Shown here: piece after piece, positions 1-9,281 of the stretch
Layout of the letters: each line of letters starts with the position of its first letter
How positions within the stretch are numbered: position 1 is the first letter of the stretch
From: an uncultured Clostridium sp.
GTDB taxonomy: Bacteria > Bacillota_I > Bacilli_A > RF39 > UBA660
Direction of reading: 5' to 3'
NCBI GenBank assembly: GCA_947427095.1
Contig: CANEGO010000002.1
Span: 99,810-163,809, forward strand
DNA length: 64,000 nucleotides
The notes under the pieces: generated by a model
Database searches by the model: none
What the model was told of the DNA's origin: nothing
The model's input: only the letters and a program-made list of their open reading frames with translations
Translations under genes and position numbers: made by a program

Positions 1-86
1 AGTTCTCTTAAGGTTTTTTTAGTATCAATTATATAATTAGCTTCATCTAAAATTCTTTGTTCTATTTCTAAAGACAAATCATTCAT
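1..86 (-). CDS. spoIIID: 5' end (start codon at 84-86) of a small HTH sporulation regulator, SpoIIID-like; the 3' part lies outside the window
   Basis: Reverse translation gives MNDLSLEIEQRILDEANYIIDTKKTLRE..., resembling the SpoIIID N-terminus (..ERTIKIGKYIVETKKTVRVIAKEF). A GGAG RBS sits upstream on the minus strand. The order spoIID-spoIIQ-spoIIID matches Clostridial clusters. Confidence 0.45.
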   Translation of the reverse strand, partial: MNDLSLEIEQRILDEANYIIDTKKTLRE

Positions 87-117
87 AGCTCCTTTATAAA
101 TTATATAATTTATACCA

Positions 118-768
118 TTAATTATTTACTAAATCTTTGACGGATTTATCATAATATTGTTCTGGATTGATTACACTACCATTTTTATACATTTCAAAAT
201 GTAGACCTTGTTTTACTTCACTATTTAAAGTACACGTACCACTTTTTGCTATTACTTGTCCTTGAGTTACGTTATCTCCCTTTTTTACCAATACTTCTCC
301 TAAAGATTGATACATAACAATTATTTCATTTGAATTTCTTATTTCAACCGTTTTACCAAGTAAGGTGTCATCGGTTACGTTTGTTACCGTTCCGGTTACT
401 GACGCAACAACATCAAATTGTTCATCTGCTTTATAAGTGATACCAGAATTTTGCATGTATATCCCTTCATGATAAATAATTGAATTTTTTTGTTCTTCTT
501 CGGAAGCATCTTTATCATAAAAATTCTTATAAATGCTTACAGTATCTGCAGTATATGGTTTTACAAATTTTTCTTCCTGGTTTACTACTGGGTAATAACT
601 ATCAAAAATATAATCATTTACGTAAGTAAAATCATCAGTATTTTTTGATACGGTACCTGTTTTACCATCAGTTAAAACAAAAACTGACAATAAACATACA
701 AATAGAAACGTTCCTATAATTGAAACTTTTACAAATGGTTTTAATTTTCTTCTTTTCATTTTTTTCAC
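118..768 (-). CDS. spoIIQ: Membrane-anchored degenerate LytM/M23-domain protein, SpoIIQ-like
   Basis: N-terminal TM helix. The C-terminal M23 fold (..GDNVTQGQVIAKSGT...GLHFEMYKNGSVINP) lacks the catalytic HxxxD and first HxH histidines, as in non-catalytic SpoIIQ. It is adjacent to spoIID and has a GAGAGGTG RBS. Confidence 0.55.
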   Translation of the reverse strand: MKKMKRRKLKPFVKVSIIGTFLFVCLLSVFVLTDGKTGTVSKNTDDFTYVNDYIFDSYYPVVNQEEKFVKPYTADTVSIYKNFYDKDASEEEQKNSIIYHEGIYMQNSGITYKADEQFDVVASVTGTVTNVTDDTLLGKTVEIRNSNEIIVMYQSLGEVLVKKGDNVTQGQVIAKSGTCTLNSEVKQGLHFEMYKNGSVINPEQYYDKSVKDLVNN

Positions 769-812
769 CTCTCATTTTAAGTTTTAACGAAAGACGAAAA
801 AATATACATTAA

Positions 813-1736
813 TTAATTTATTTTTTTTATTTCGCAGTCTTTATAATAATGTTTTAATATGTCTTGGTAATTATAGCCTTCCTTTGCCATTCCGTTTGCA
901 CCATATTGACTCATTCCAACTCCGTGACCATAACCACTAACATTAAAAACCACTTTATCTTCTAAAACATTAATATCAAAACTAGTTGACCTTAGATTAA
1001 AAATAGTTTTGATTTTGCTAGAATCGAAGTTTTTACCATTAATACTTAAACTAATTACCCTTCCAGTATTTGTTTTTTTTATGTTTTCAATTACTATATT
1101 CTCTTTTGTTTCGAGTCCTAAATTAAATAAAAATTCAGCTTTAGAAACTTCACTTTTACTATTAAAAACTGGAGATTCAGTTTTATCCCAAGAAGAAGAA
1201 ACACTTACCAAATATGGTTTTGAAGACGAAAAAACGTTCTCACTATTTTCTGTATAACCATTACTTGTTGAAAAAAACATTGCATCTATTAAGTTATTTT
1301 GATACAAAACAACCTCGCCTTTTGTACCTAACACTGCATTTTTTACTTTTGATAAGTTTTTTTCATAGTTTTCTTGCCATTTTTCCTTCATAATATCGTA
1401 ATTTATATAAACTTGATTTTGAGTACTATCAGTAACATCATAATCATTTTTACTATTTTGCGCGTGATTTAGTGCATATGTTCTAGAAGCAACCGCCTGA
1501 GCTTTCAAAGCTTCATCATTAAATGAAGCAGGCATTTCACCTGCTACAACACCAATTACATATTCTTCTATTGGCACGTTTATTATTTGTCCATCAGCAC
1601 TTTTTTTAACCCTTATTACTTTATTATTATAGCTACCATATTTAATTTTATTTATTATCTCATTAGAATTATTTAATCCAATTATAAATAAAGGAATTAG
1701 TATTATTAATAGTGTAAATAATAAAATTTTTTTCAT
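813..1736 (-). CDS. spoIID: SpoIID/LytB-family lytic transglycosylase (stage II sporulation protein D)
   Basis: Signal anchor followed by the conserved core VIGVVAGEMPASFNDEALKAQAVASRTYAL typical of SpoIID. Confidence 0.8.
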   Translation of the reverse strand: MKKILLFTLLIILIPLFIIGLNNSNEIINKIKYGSYNNKVIRVKKSADGQIINVPIEEYVIGVVAGEMPASFNDEALKAQAVASRTYALNHAQNSKNDYDVTDSTQNQVYINYDIMKEKWQENYEKNLSKVKNAVLGTKGEVVLYQNNLIDAMFFSTSNGYTENSENVFSSSKPYLVSVSSSWDKTESPVFNSKSEVSKAEFLFNLGLETKENIVIENIKKTNTGRVISLSINGKNFDSSKIKTIFNLRSTSFDINVLEDKVVFNVSGYGHGVGMSQYGANGMAKEGYNYQDILKHYYKDCEIKKIN

Positions 1737-1745
1737 TTTTGCTCC

Positions 1746-1955
1746 TTAAAGGAGACTAATGGTACTATATATATCAACAAAAAAATTAACCAATAAATAT
1801 GATAGTATAAGTGATAACGTAAAATAAAATGAATGTATTTGCATTATGCTATTTTTTTTAAAAATTTTATCTAAGTTTGTTGATGTAACTATCCATATGT
1901 TAAATGGAATTATAAGACAGTATAAAATAAGTTTAATACTCATTAGTTTCCTCAT
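1746..1955 (-). CDS. Small hydrophobic membrane protein (69 aa), hypothetical
   Basis: ORF with two predicted TM helices and a GAGGAA RBS. It overlaps the rpiB 3' end by 23 nt. Weak support. Confidence 0.3.
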   Translation of the reverse strand: MRKLMSIKLILYCLIIPFNIWIVTSTNLDKIFKKNSIMQIHSFYFTLSLILSYLLVNFFVDIYSTISLL

Positions 1956-2379
1956 AATTTTCTACTTGCTTAATTCTTATTTTATAACAAGGATCTGAAA
2001 GAAATGTCGAATTAATAAATATTTCTATCATTTCTTTTATTTCTTCTGCACTATGAGATTGTGCACTAAAAGCAAGTACGTTAGCATCATTATGCTCTTT
2101 TGCAGATTTAGCTTCAGCTTTATTATCAATTTTTGCGCATCTTATACCTTTTACCTTATTACAAGCAATCGAAACTCCAATACCGGTTCCACACATTACT
2201 ATTCCTAAATCAACTTCTTTATTTATTACAGCATCACTTAAAGTTAAAGCAAATTTAGGATAATCTATTCGCTCATCAGAATAACAACCATAATCGATTA
2301 TTTCATAATTATCTAATAAATTTTTCAATCTTTCTTTTACAGCATAAGCTCTATGATCGTTTGCAATTCCTATTCTCAT
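1933..2379 (-). CDS. rpiB: Ribose-5-phosphate isomerase B (RpiB/LacAB family)
   Basis: MRIGIANDHRAY...GIVMCGTGIGVSIACNKVKGIRCA matches RpiB motifs. An AAGGAGTGAT RBS is present. Confidence 0.85.
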   Translation of the reverse strand: MRIGIANDHRAYAVKERLKNLLDNYEIIDYGCYSDERIDYPKFALTLSDAVINKEVDLGIVMCGTGIGVSIACNKVKGIRCAKIDNKAEAKSAKEHNDANVLAFSAQSHSAEEIKEMIEIFINSTFLSDPCYKIRIKQVENYEETNEY

Positions 2380-2404
2380 TTTATCACTCCTTCTTTTTAT
2401 TATA

Positions 2405-2431
2405 TCAAAAAAGACCGCTTCAAGTCTTTTA
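2405..2431 (-). terminator. Rho-independent terminator after the N/Q-rich gene, just upstream of the rpiB RBS
   Basis: Hairpin AAAAGAC-N8-GTCTTTT followed by a U-run on the minus strand. Confidence 0.45.
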
Positions 2432-3610
2432 TTTATTTATTTTTATTATCAATTGTTGCATATGTTCAAAATCAAATTCTTCTAACTCTATATCTACTCC
2501 TTGATTTTTCAAATCTTGAATTAACTCTTTTAATTTTAAAACAGAATCGTTAACAGATAACATAGGTTTTGAATCATCATCCGATTCATCTTCATTAATA
2601 TCCATAATATCTAATGTATCTGGTTCATCATACATACCTTCTATTCCTAAATCTGATAAAGTAGATACGTTTTGTGAACTATCGTTCAACTTAGAATCTT
2701 GAATAATAGTATATTCGTTATTAATACCCAAATCCGTTGATTGAGTATTAGTGGTATTATCCAATTCTTTAGTGATTTCATTATCTTCAGTTGAAACTTG
2801 ATTAATATTTAAATTTTCCTGACCTAAAATATTATTTACAATATTTTTATTGTTTTGATTAAATTCATTTTCGTTCACTGAAAAATTAGAATTCGTATTT
2901 AAAACAAAATTTTCATTACTATTAAAAGCGGGTTGATCATTATTAAATTGTGGTACTTGAGATAATTGATTGGGAATTTGTCCAGAAAAAGTACTTGAAG
3001 GTGTACTACTTAACATATTATTATTATTCAAATTAAAGTTTCCATTAGAAGTATCAAAATTTGAAAAAGAATTCATTGACATATAGTTTTGAGGCTGGTT
3101 AATCACTTCCGGATATGAATTATTAATAGACGGATTTGGCATAATAGAAGTTTGAACATTATTAAAATTATTTAAATTACCATTTTCATAATTATCCAAT
3201 GGATCGTTAGCCCTTGCAACTTCAGGCATTACATTCATAGGATCCAAAACTTCCATGGTTGGAGCACTTGCTATGGTTGCATCACTTAAATTTTTAATTT
3301 CACCTAATTCTGGTGGTATATCACCTAAATTTTGACCTTCTAAATTTAAATCTTGATTAACAAAAGAAGGTGCAGAATTTACGTTCATTTGAGGCATTGT
3401 AGTGTTAAAACTTTTATCAAAAACATTATTAGTATCGTATGATCCAGTTTGATAGTTATTTGTATTTTGAACAGGTTGATTGATTTCATTTTGAAAAGTT
3501 TGATATTCACCATTAGCATTTCCTAAAGTATTAGTAAAATCATTTTGAAAAAGCGGTTTTACTTCATCATTGTTAAAATTCCTATTATTATTCATATCAT
3601 TATTAAACAT
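2429..3610 (-). CDS. Asn/Gln-rich low-complexity protein (393 aa) with a short structured acidic/helical C-terminus
   Basis: Uninterrupted 393-codon ORF in AT-rich DNA with an AAAGGGGAA RBS. About 30% N+Q, no TM helix. It sits where noc/parA/parB are found in most Firmicutes. Confidence 0.5.
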   Translation of the reverse strand: MFNNDMNNNRNFNNDEVKPLFQNDFTNTLGNANGEYQTFQNEINQPVQNTNNYQTGSYDTNNVFDKSFNTTMPQMNVNSAPSFVNQDLNLEGQNLGDIPPELGEIKNLSDATIASAPTMEVLDPMNVMPEVARANDPLDNYENGNLNNFNNVQTSIMPNPSINNSYPEVINQPQNYMSMNSFSNFDTSNGNFNLNNNNMLSSTPSSTFSGQIPNQLSQVPQFNNDQPAFNSNENFVLNTNSNFSVNENEFNQNNKNIVNNILGQENLNINQVSTEDNEITKELDNTTNTQSTDLGINNEYTIIQDSKLNDSSQNVSTLSDLGIEGMYDEPDTLDIMDINEDESDDDSKPMLSVNDSVLKLKELIQDLKNQGVDIELEEFDFEHMQQLIIKINK

Positions 3611-3646
3611 ATTATAATTCCCCTTTATCTTTAATTAAATAATACA

Positions 3647-3677
3647 ATAAAAAAGCCACTATTACAATGGCTTTTTC
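3647..3677 (-). terminator. Terminator at the rsmG 3' end
   Basis: AAGCCA-N9-TGGCTT hairpin followed by a T-run on the minus strand. It overlaps the last rsmG codons. Confidence 0.55.
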
Positions 3678-4363
3678 TTAATTTCGCTAAACTTTCTAGG
3701 ATATTTAACACTTGTTCTCACAAGTTTTTCTATTTTTATTAAAGTTCTTGTCCCAGCATTATAAGGTAGTTCAAAAATAATGGTATCTTTTATAACTCCT
3801 CCTAGCGTTTTTACCGCTTTTTCGGCACTTTTTATCTCTTCTTTTGCTTCTGCTTTCATTGAAATAAAGTATCCGTCAGTTTTTACAAACGGAATACATA
3901 ATTCCGATAAAGTATTTAAATTTGCTACTGCTCTTGATGTCACTAAATCAAAACTTTCTCTTTTATTTATAACATATTCTTCTGCTCTAGCATGAATAGC
4001 TTCTATATCCTTTAGATTTAATTTTTCTATAACAGATTTTAAGAACGTAATTCTTTTATTTAATGAATCTACTAAAGTTACTTTTAAATTAGGAAATACT
4101 ATTTTTAATACTAATCCTGGAAAGCCAGCACCGGTTCCTATATCAAGTAACGTTTGATCATCTAATTTTATAGTTTTAACAAGCGTTAAACTATCATAAA
4201 AATGTTTTAAATATACTTCGTTTTCCTCGGTTATTCTAGTTAAATTAGTATGACTATTATAGTCTATTAACATTTTATAATAAGTATCTAAATCACTTAA
4301 CTGTTTATTGGTTATGTCTATGTTTAAATCTTTTAAAGCTCTTATAAACTCTTCTTTATTCAT
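3662..4363 (-). CDS. rsmG: 16S rRNA m7G527 methyltransferase RsmG (GidB)
   Basis: Full-length match to the RsmG pattern (..DIGTGAGFPGLVLKIVFP..). It overlaps mnmG by 8 nt. Confidence 0.9.
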   Translation of the reverse strand: MNKEEFIRALKDLNIDITNKQLSDLDTYYKMLIDYNSHTNLTRITEENEVYLKHFYDSLTLVKTIKLDDQTLLDIGTGAGFPGLVLKIVFPNLKVTLVDSLNKRITFLKSVIEKLNLKDIEAIHARAEEYVINKRESFDLVTSRAVANLNTLSELCIPFVKTDGYFISMKAEAKEEIKSAEKAVKTLGGVIKDTIIFELPYNAGTRTLIKIEKLVRTSVKYPRKFSEIKKKPL

Positions 4364-6179
4364 TGTAAAACCTCTTTAAGTATACCATTAGTATTGCTAT
4401 ATCAGATGGATTAACACCGCTAATACGAGTTGCTTGATCAATGGTTCTAGGTCTTACTTTTTCTAATTTTTGTCTTGCTTCAGTAGCTAGATTATCTATC
4501 TTTTTATAATCAATATCATCTGGTATCTGCTTTTTACCAAGCCTAATCGTTTTCTCAGCTTCTTTTTTAGCTTTTGCAATATAACCTTCATATTTATGAT
4601 TAATTTCTACTTGTTCTAATACTTCTTTATCATAAGTCTTGCTTAATTTATCTACATAATCCGTTATTTTCACTTCTGGTCTTTTCAAATATTCTGATAA
4701 ATTACATTTATACTGTGGAAAAGTAATAGTTTTAATATCTTCTTCTAATTCTTCTATTTGTTTTAATTTATTTAATAATTTATTATGTCTTTCCTCGCTA
4801 AGTAATCCCACGCTGTATGCTTTTTCACTTAGTCTTAAATCAGCGTTATCGCTTCTAAGTAGCAATCTAAACTCTGCACGAGAAGTAAGTAATCTATATG
4901 GTTCAATGGTTCCTTTAGTTACTAAATCATCTATTAAAACACCTATATAAGCATCACTTCTTGATAATATTAATGGTTCTTTATTATCTAGTTTTAAACT
5001 AGCGTTAATACCTGCAATAATACCTTGTCCTGCGGCTTCTTCATAACCTGATGTTCCATTTATTTGACCTGCGGTAAATAAGTTTTCTATTACCTTAGTT
5101 TCAAGTGATGGCTTAAGTTGTAATGGATCTATTGCATCGTATTCTATTGCGTATGCATATTTTAATATTTTAGCGTGTTCTAATCCTTTTAATGAGTGAA
5201 CCATATCTTCTTGAACATCGTGAGGCATAGATGTTGAAAATCCTTGTAAATATATATCATCATAGTACATACTTTCTGGTTCCAAAAATAATTGATGTCT
5301 TTCTTTATCTTTAAAGCGAACTACTTTATCTTCTATTGAAGGGCAATATCTAGGACCAGTACCTAGTTTTTCATAGAACCCACCATACATAGCGGATTTA
5401 TCTAGGTTATCCATTATTATCTTATGTGTCTTTTCATTTGTATAAGTTAAATAACAAGGTTCTTGGTTTTTGTAATCATAGTACGCTATATTATCAAAGC
5501 TGAAGGTTAACTCTTCATCATCCCCATCTTCACGAGATAATTCACTAAAATCAATAGAAGATCTTTCTATTCTAGGAGGTGTTCCTGTTTTTAATCTAAG
5601 TATCTTAAATCCTAACTTTTCTAAGTTATCACTTAAGAAATTAGATCTTTTTTCTCCATGTGGTCCTTCTGGTGTTCTATTATCACCTACTAATATATCC
5701 GCTTTTAAATAAGTACCCGTTGTTAATATACAAGCATCACAATTAATAGTTTCACCATCTTCAGTAGTAATTCCAGTTATTTTATCATTATTAACTAATA
5801 AATCTCCTACTACCCCTTCTTTAATTGTTAAATTATCAGTACTTTCTAATGTCTTTAACATTTCTTTTTTATATGTTACTTTATCTGCTTGGCTACGTAA
5901 AGATCTAACAGCAGGACCTTTAGACGAATTAAGCATCTTTATTTGAAGTAACGTCTTATCAGCATTACGTCCCATTTCTCCACCTAATGCATCTATTTCT
6001 CTTACAACGATACCTTTAGCACTACCACCAATAGATGGGTTACATGGCATATCCGCAATGTTTTCTTTATTAATTGTTATAAGTAAAGTCTTTTTTCCCA
6101 TTCTAGCTGTCGCAAGTGCGGCCTCACAACCGGCATGACCTGCTCCTACTACAATAATGTCATATTTCATACTACTCAC
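4356..6179 (-). CDS. mnmG: tRNA uridine-5-carboxymethylaminomethyl modification enzyme MnmG (GidA)
   Basis: N-terminal FAD motif KYDIIVVGAGHAGCEAA and 607 aa of conserved GidA sequence. Confidence 0.95.
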   Translation of the reverse strand: MSSMKYDIIVVGAGHAGCEAALATARMGKKTLLITINKENIADMPCNPSIGGSAKGIVVREIDALGGEMGRNADKTLLQIKMLNSSKGPAVRSLRSQADKVTYKKEMLKTLESTDNLTIKEGVVGDLLVNNDKITGITTEDGETINCDACILTTGTYLKADILVGDNRTPEGPHGEKRSNFLSDNLEKLGFKILRLKTGTPPRIERSSIDFSELSREDGDDEELTFSFDNIAYYDYKNQEPCYLTYTNEKTHKIIMDNLDKSAMYGGFYEKLGTGPRYCPSIEDKVVRFKDKERHQLFLEPESMYYDDIYLQGFSTSMPHDVQEDMVHSLKGLEHAKILKYAYAIEYDAIDPLQLKPSLETKVIENLFTAGQINGTSGYEEAAGQGIIAGINASLKLDNKEPLILSRSDAYIGVLIDDLVTKGTIEPYRLLTSRAEFRLLLRSDNADLRLSEKAYSVGLLSEERHNKLLNKLKQIEELEEDIKTITFPQYKCNLSEYLKRPEVKITDYVDKLSKTYDKEVLEQVEINHKYEGYIAKAKKEAEKTIRLGKKQIPDDIDYKKIDNLATEARQKLEKVRPRTIDQATRISGVNPSDIAILMVYLKRFYNE

Positions 6180-6789
6180 CTTCTTTTAAATTAACTTCGT
6201 AAATAAACTGTTCTTCTTTTTCTGTTTTAGCTTTATCGAAATAAATTGGCTCTTCGTAAATTTTTTTAAAACCTAAACGTTCATAATATTTATAGTTACA
6301 ATCATCATCAGTTACTATTTTTAGTTTTTTCATGTTATCTTTTCTTGCCAAATTAAAAATCATTTTTAATAGTTCGGATCCATAACCATTTCCTTGATAT
6401 TTTTTATCAACTATGAAAATAATAATATCTCCATCATATTTATTATCAAATTTAGATTCTATTTTATCATACAATTCATTATATCTTGCGAAAGCTTTTT
6501 TATCTTTTATAAAAGGGCCTTTTACTATTAAAGATTTTAAAAATTTATAGAATTTTTTTTTAACCAAAAATTTTTTGGAGTCTCTCTTTTCATATGCACA
6601 AAAACCAATTACTTTATTATCTACTTTTTTTATTATCATCCGCTCTGATTTTGATAATATATCAAATAATAAATAATAAGCACACCAAGGGCCAGTTGTT
6701 TTTGATTCTTCCTCCCCCAATTCCCACTGGTTATGTAAAATATTCATCATTTGCCTTAATTCTTTAATTTTCAAATAAATCACCAACAT
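6172..6789 (-). CDS. GNAT-family N-acetyltransferase (205 aa)
   Basis: Acetyl-CoA-binding motif A (VDKKYQGNGYGSELLKMIF) and YYERLGFKK. The stop overlaps the mnmG start by 8 nt, so it is co-transcribed with mnmG. Confidence 0.7.
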   Translation of the reverse strand: MLVIYLKIKELRQMMNILHNQWELGEEESKTTGPWCAYYLLFDILSKSERMIIKKVDNKVIGFCAYEKRDSKKFLVKKKFYKFLKSLIVKGPFIKDKKAFARYNELYDKIESKFDNKYDGDIIIFIVDKKYQGNGYGSELLKMIFNLARKDNMKKLKIVTDDDCNYKYYERLGFKKIYEEPIYFDKAKTEKEEQFIYEVNLKEGE

Positions 6790-6824
6790 TTCTTTTGGTA
6801 TTATACAATATAATTAAAAAAAAG

Positions 6825-7763
6825 TTAATTCCTAACTCTTTCCATGTTATTTAATTTATAACTTATTAAATAAATCCCATAATCATTTACGTATTGCATT
6901 ATAAAATTATCATTATTTTTTGATATAATTAATCCAATTGTTTTATTATGATATTTCATCTTTAAAGTTTTATCTACTATTTTTCTATATAGCTGTATTT
7001 GGCTAATATCTTTATAATTAGTGTTATTAAGTTTTAATTCTACTGGTATATAACAATTTAGATTGGTATTGAATAACATCATATCAACATAAAAGGGCTT
7101 ATCTAGATACGTTAATTTATACTCACTTCCTGCATATAAAAATCCTGTTCCTAGCTGCAAAAAGAAATCTCTTAACTCTTCTAATATATATTTTTTAAGC
7201 ATCTTTTCACTTAAATTTTTATTGTTTAGAGCTTTTATAATAATTGGATCTAATAACATATCTTTTAAACTATAATCTAATTCTTTATTTGTATCTATTA
7301 GTTTTATATTATTTTTATCTGCATAATATAATCTATCAAAGGCTTTTTCTTTTATTAATTTAATTAGTTCTCTCTTAGACAAATTATTTAAAATACATTG
7401 ATTTATATAATAATTTCTTTCATTTTCATTTTTTATTGGAAGCAGATAACGCCAATGGGTCCAAGTTATGTTAAATTGGTGGCCCGCTGGGCCACCTTTT
7501 TGAGTAACTATTAAAAATTGCCTCATTCTCTTTAAATTAGATATATCATAACCCTTACCATATTGTTCTACTAACTTTTTAGACCAATTCTTAATAAGTT
7601 CATTGCCATATTTAGCCCTTGTTTCTCCACCTTGTGCTTCTACTAATAACTTACCAATTTCATAATAAGCTTCTAATGTATCTTTATTAGATTGTAATCT
7701 TCTTACTCCTTCATTTATTTCTTTATTTTCTATTACGTTTTTTATTTTCTTATAATAATCCAT
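6825..7763 (-). CDS. DUF1016/YhcG-like protein with a C-terminal PD-(D/E)XK nuclease motif
   Basis: N-terminal YhcG-like region and a C-terminal ..FYVDMMLF..IPVELKL.. (D...ExK) motif. It has its own TATAAT -10 and GGAG RBS downstream of the mnmE terminator. Confidence 0.6.
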   Translation of the reverse strand: MDYYKKIKNVIENKEINEGVRRLQSNKDTLEAYYEIGKLLVEAQGGETRAKYGNELIKNWSKKLVEQYGKGYDISNLKRMRQFLIVTQKGGPAGHQFNITWTHWRYLLPIKNENERNYYINQCILNNLSKRELIKLIKEKAFDRLYYADKNNIKLIDTNKELDYSLKDMLLDPIIIKALNNKNLSEKMLKKYILEELRDFFLQLGTGFLYAGSEYKLTYLDKPFYVDMMLFNTNLNCYIPVELKLNNTNYKDISQIQLYRKIVDKTLKMKYHNKTIGLIISKNNDNFIMQYVNDYGIYLISYKLNNMERVRN

Positions 7764-7831
7764 AATATGGCTCCTTTCGAGGCTTTTATTATATGAATTA
7801 TTTTTAAAAAATGAATATTGTAATAAGAAAC

Positions 7832-7864
7832 AAAAAGGTACACCCGTGGCGCACCTTTTTAAAA
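7832..7864 (-). terminator. Bidirectional rho-independent terminator separating mnmE from the DUF1016-GNAT-mnmG-rsmG unit
   Basis: AAAAAGGT-ACACCCGTGGCGC-ACCTTTTT hairpin with a GC-rich core, flanked by A/T runs. Confidence 0.6.
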
Positions 7865-7868
7865 CATA

Positions 7869-9212
7869 TTACTTTCCTAAACAAAATCTACTAAATAAAT
7901 TATCAACAAGTTCTTCTGTATAATTAGCTCCTATTATATCTCCTAATTTCTCCCAAACTAGTTTTAAATCTATTTCTATCATGTCTATTTCTCTTTCTTC
8001 GTTAACTCCTTTTTCTACTTCTTCTAACGATTCTATCGCAGACTTAAGTAATGCTATTTGTCTTGCGTTAGTAAAAAACATCAAATTCTTACTTAAGAAT
8101 GTACCCACGTTAAATAATTCTTTTATTTTATTCTTTACATCTTCGATACCGGTATTTTCTTTAGCACTTATTTTAATAACATCTTTATCATATGTGTTAT
8201 TACTATCCAAATCAGTTTTATTCATTATAACAATTCTTTTTTTATCTTTAGTTTTATCAAGTAAGAACTTATCTTCATCTGATAATTCTTCAGAAGCATC
8301 AAGCACTAAAAGTACTAATTCTGATTCATCTATTAAACTAATACTTTTTTCTATACCTATTTTTTCTACAATATCATTTGAATCTCTAACGCCTGCGGTA
8401 TCAATTAAATTAAGCTTAACACCACTTATTATAATACTTCCTTCAACAATATCCCTAGTAGTTCCTTTAACATCTGTTACAATAGCTTTTTCTTCTTCAA
8501 GTAGTGCATTTAATAAACTTGATTTACCTACGTTTGGCTTACCTAATATAACAGTTTTAATACCATCTTTTAATATTTTACCATCTTCTGATAATTTAAG
8601 TATTTCAAGTAGTTTAGATTTCATTTCTACTACTTCTTCTTTAATTCTATTTATGGTAACAACTTCAATATCTTCATATTCTGGATAATCTATATTTACT
8701 TCTATGTTTGAAATTAGAGCAACTATCTTATCTCTTAAATCAGTAATAAGTTTAGATACTTTACCTGATAACTGATTGATAGCCATTTTTCTAGTAAGTT
8801 CTGTTTCTGAATTAATTAAATCCATTACTCCTTCAGATTCCGCTAAATCTATTCTACCGTTTAAAAATGCTCTTTTAGTAAATTCTCCTGGCTGAGCAAG
8901 TCTACATCCAGAAAGTAATAATACTTCCATTATTTTATTAACTACAGCAATAGAACCATGAGTATTTATTTCTATTACATCTTCCCTTGTATATGTTTTA
9001 GGTGCTTTCATTATAGAAAGTAAAACTTCATCTATTATTTCATCTTTATATATAATGTGTCCATAATTTATCGTATGAGTTTTAATTTTAGTTAAATCCT
9101 TTCCACTAAATAAAGGATTAACTATACTTATAGCATCTTCACCAGATACCCTAATAATAGATATAGCGCCTTCTCCTAAAGCAGTTGAGATTGCAACAAT
9201 CGTATCATTCAT
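7869..9212 (-). CDS. mnmE: tRNA modification GTPase MnmE (TrmE/ThdF)
   Basis: G1-G4 GTPase motifs (GKPNVGKSSLLNAL, DTAG) and a C-terminal ..CLGK. Full length, 447 aa. Confidence 0.95.
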   Translation of the reverse strand: MNDTIVAISTALGEGAISIIRVSGEDAISIVNPLFSGKDLTKIKTHTINYGHIIYKDEIIDEVLLSIMKAPKTYTREDVIEINTHGSIAVVNKIMEVLLLSGCRLAQPGEFTKRAFLNGRIDLAESEGVMDLINSETELTRKMAINQLSGKVSKLITDLRDKIVALISNIEVNIDYPEYEDIEVVTINRIKEEVVEMKSKLLEILKLSEDGKILKDGIKTVILGKPNVGKSSLLNALLEEEKAIVTDVKGTTRDIVEGSIIISGVKLNLIDTAGVRDSNDIVEKIGIEKSISLIDESELVLLVLDASEELSDEDKFLLDKTKDKKRIVIMNKTDLDSNNTYDKDVIKISAKENTGIEDVKNKIKELFNVGTFLSKNLMFFTNARQIALLKSAIESLEEVEKGVNEEREIDMIEIDLKLVWEKLGDIIGANYTEELVDNLFSRFCLGK

Positions 9213-9281
9213 AGATAATCACTTCCTTTTTAATAGGTATTTTAACACATGCATAATAAAATTATAATAATTAATTTAAAT

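Noticed and set aside
7981-8688. 235-aa plus-strand ORF antisense to mnmE (Ser/Leu/Ile-rich). Similar antisense ORFs occur inside gyrB (20079-20510), gyrA (21059-21490), rplA (49131-49385), rpoC (58946-59275) and ftsH (62487-62858).
   Set aside because: They are low-complexity translations of the reverse strand of highly conserved genes with no RBS. This is typical of shadow ORFs in AT-rich genomes.
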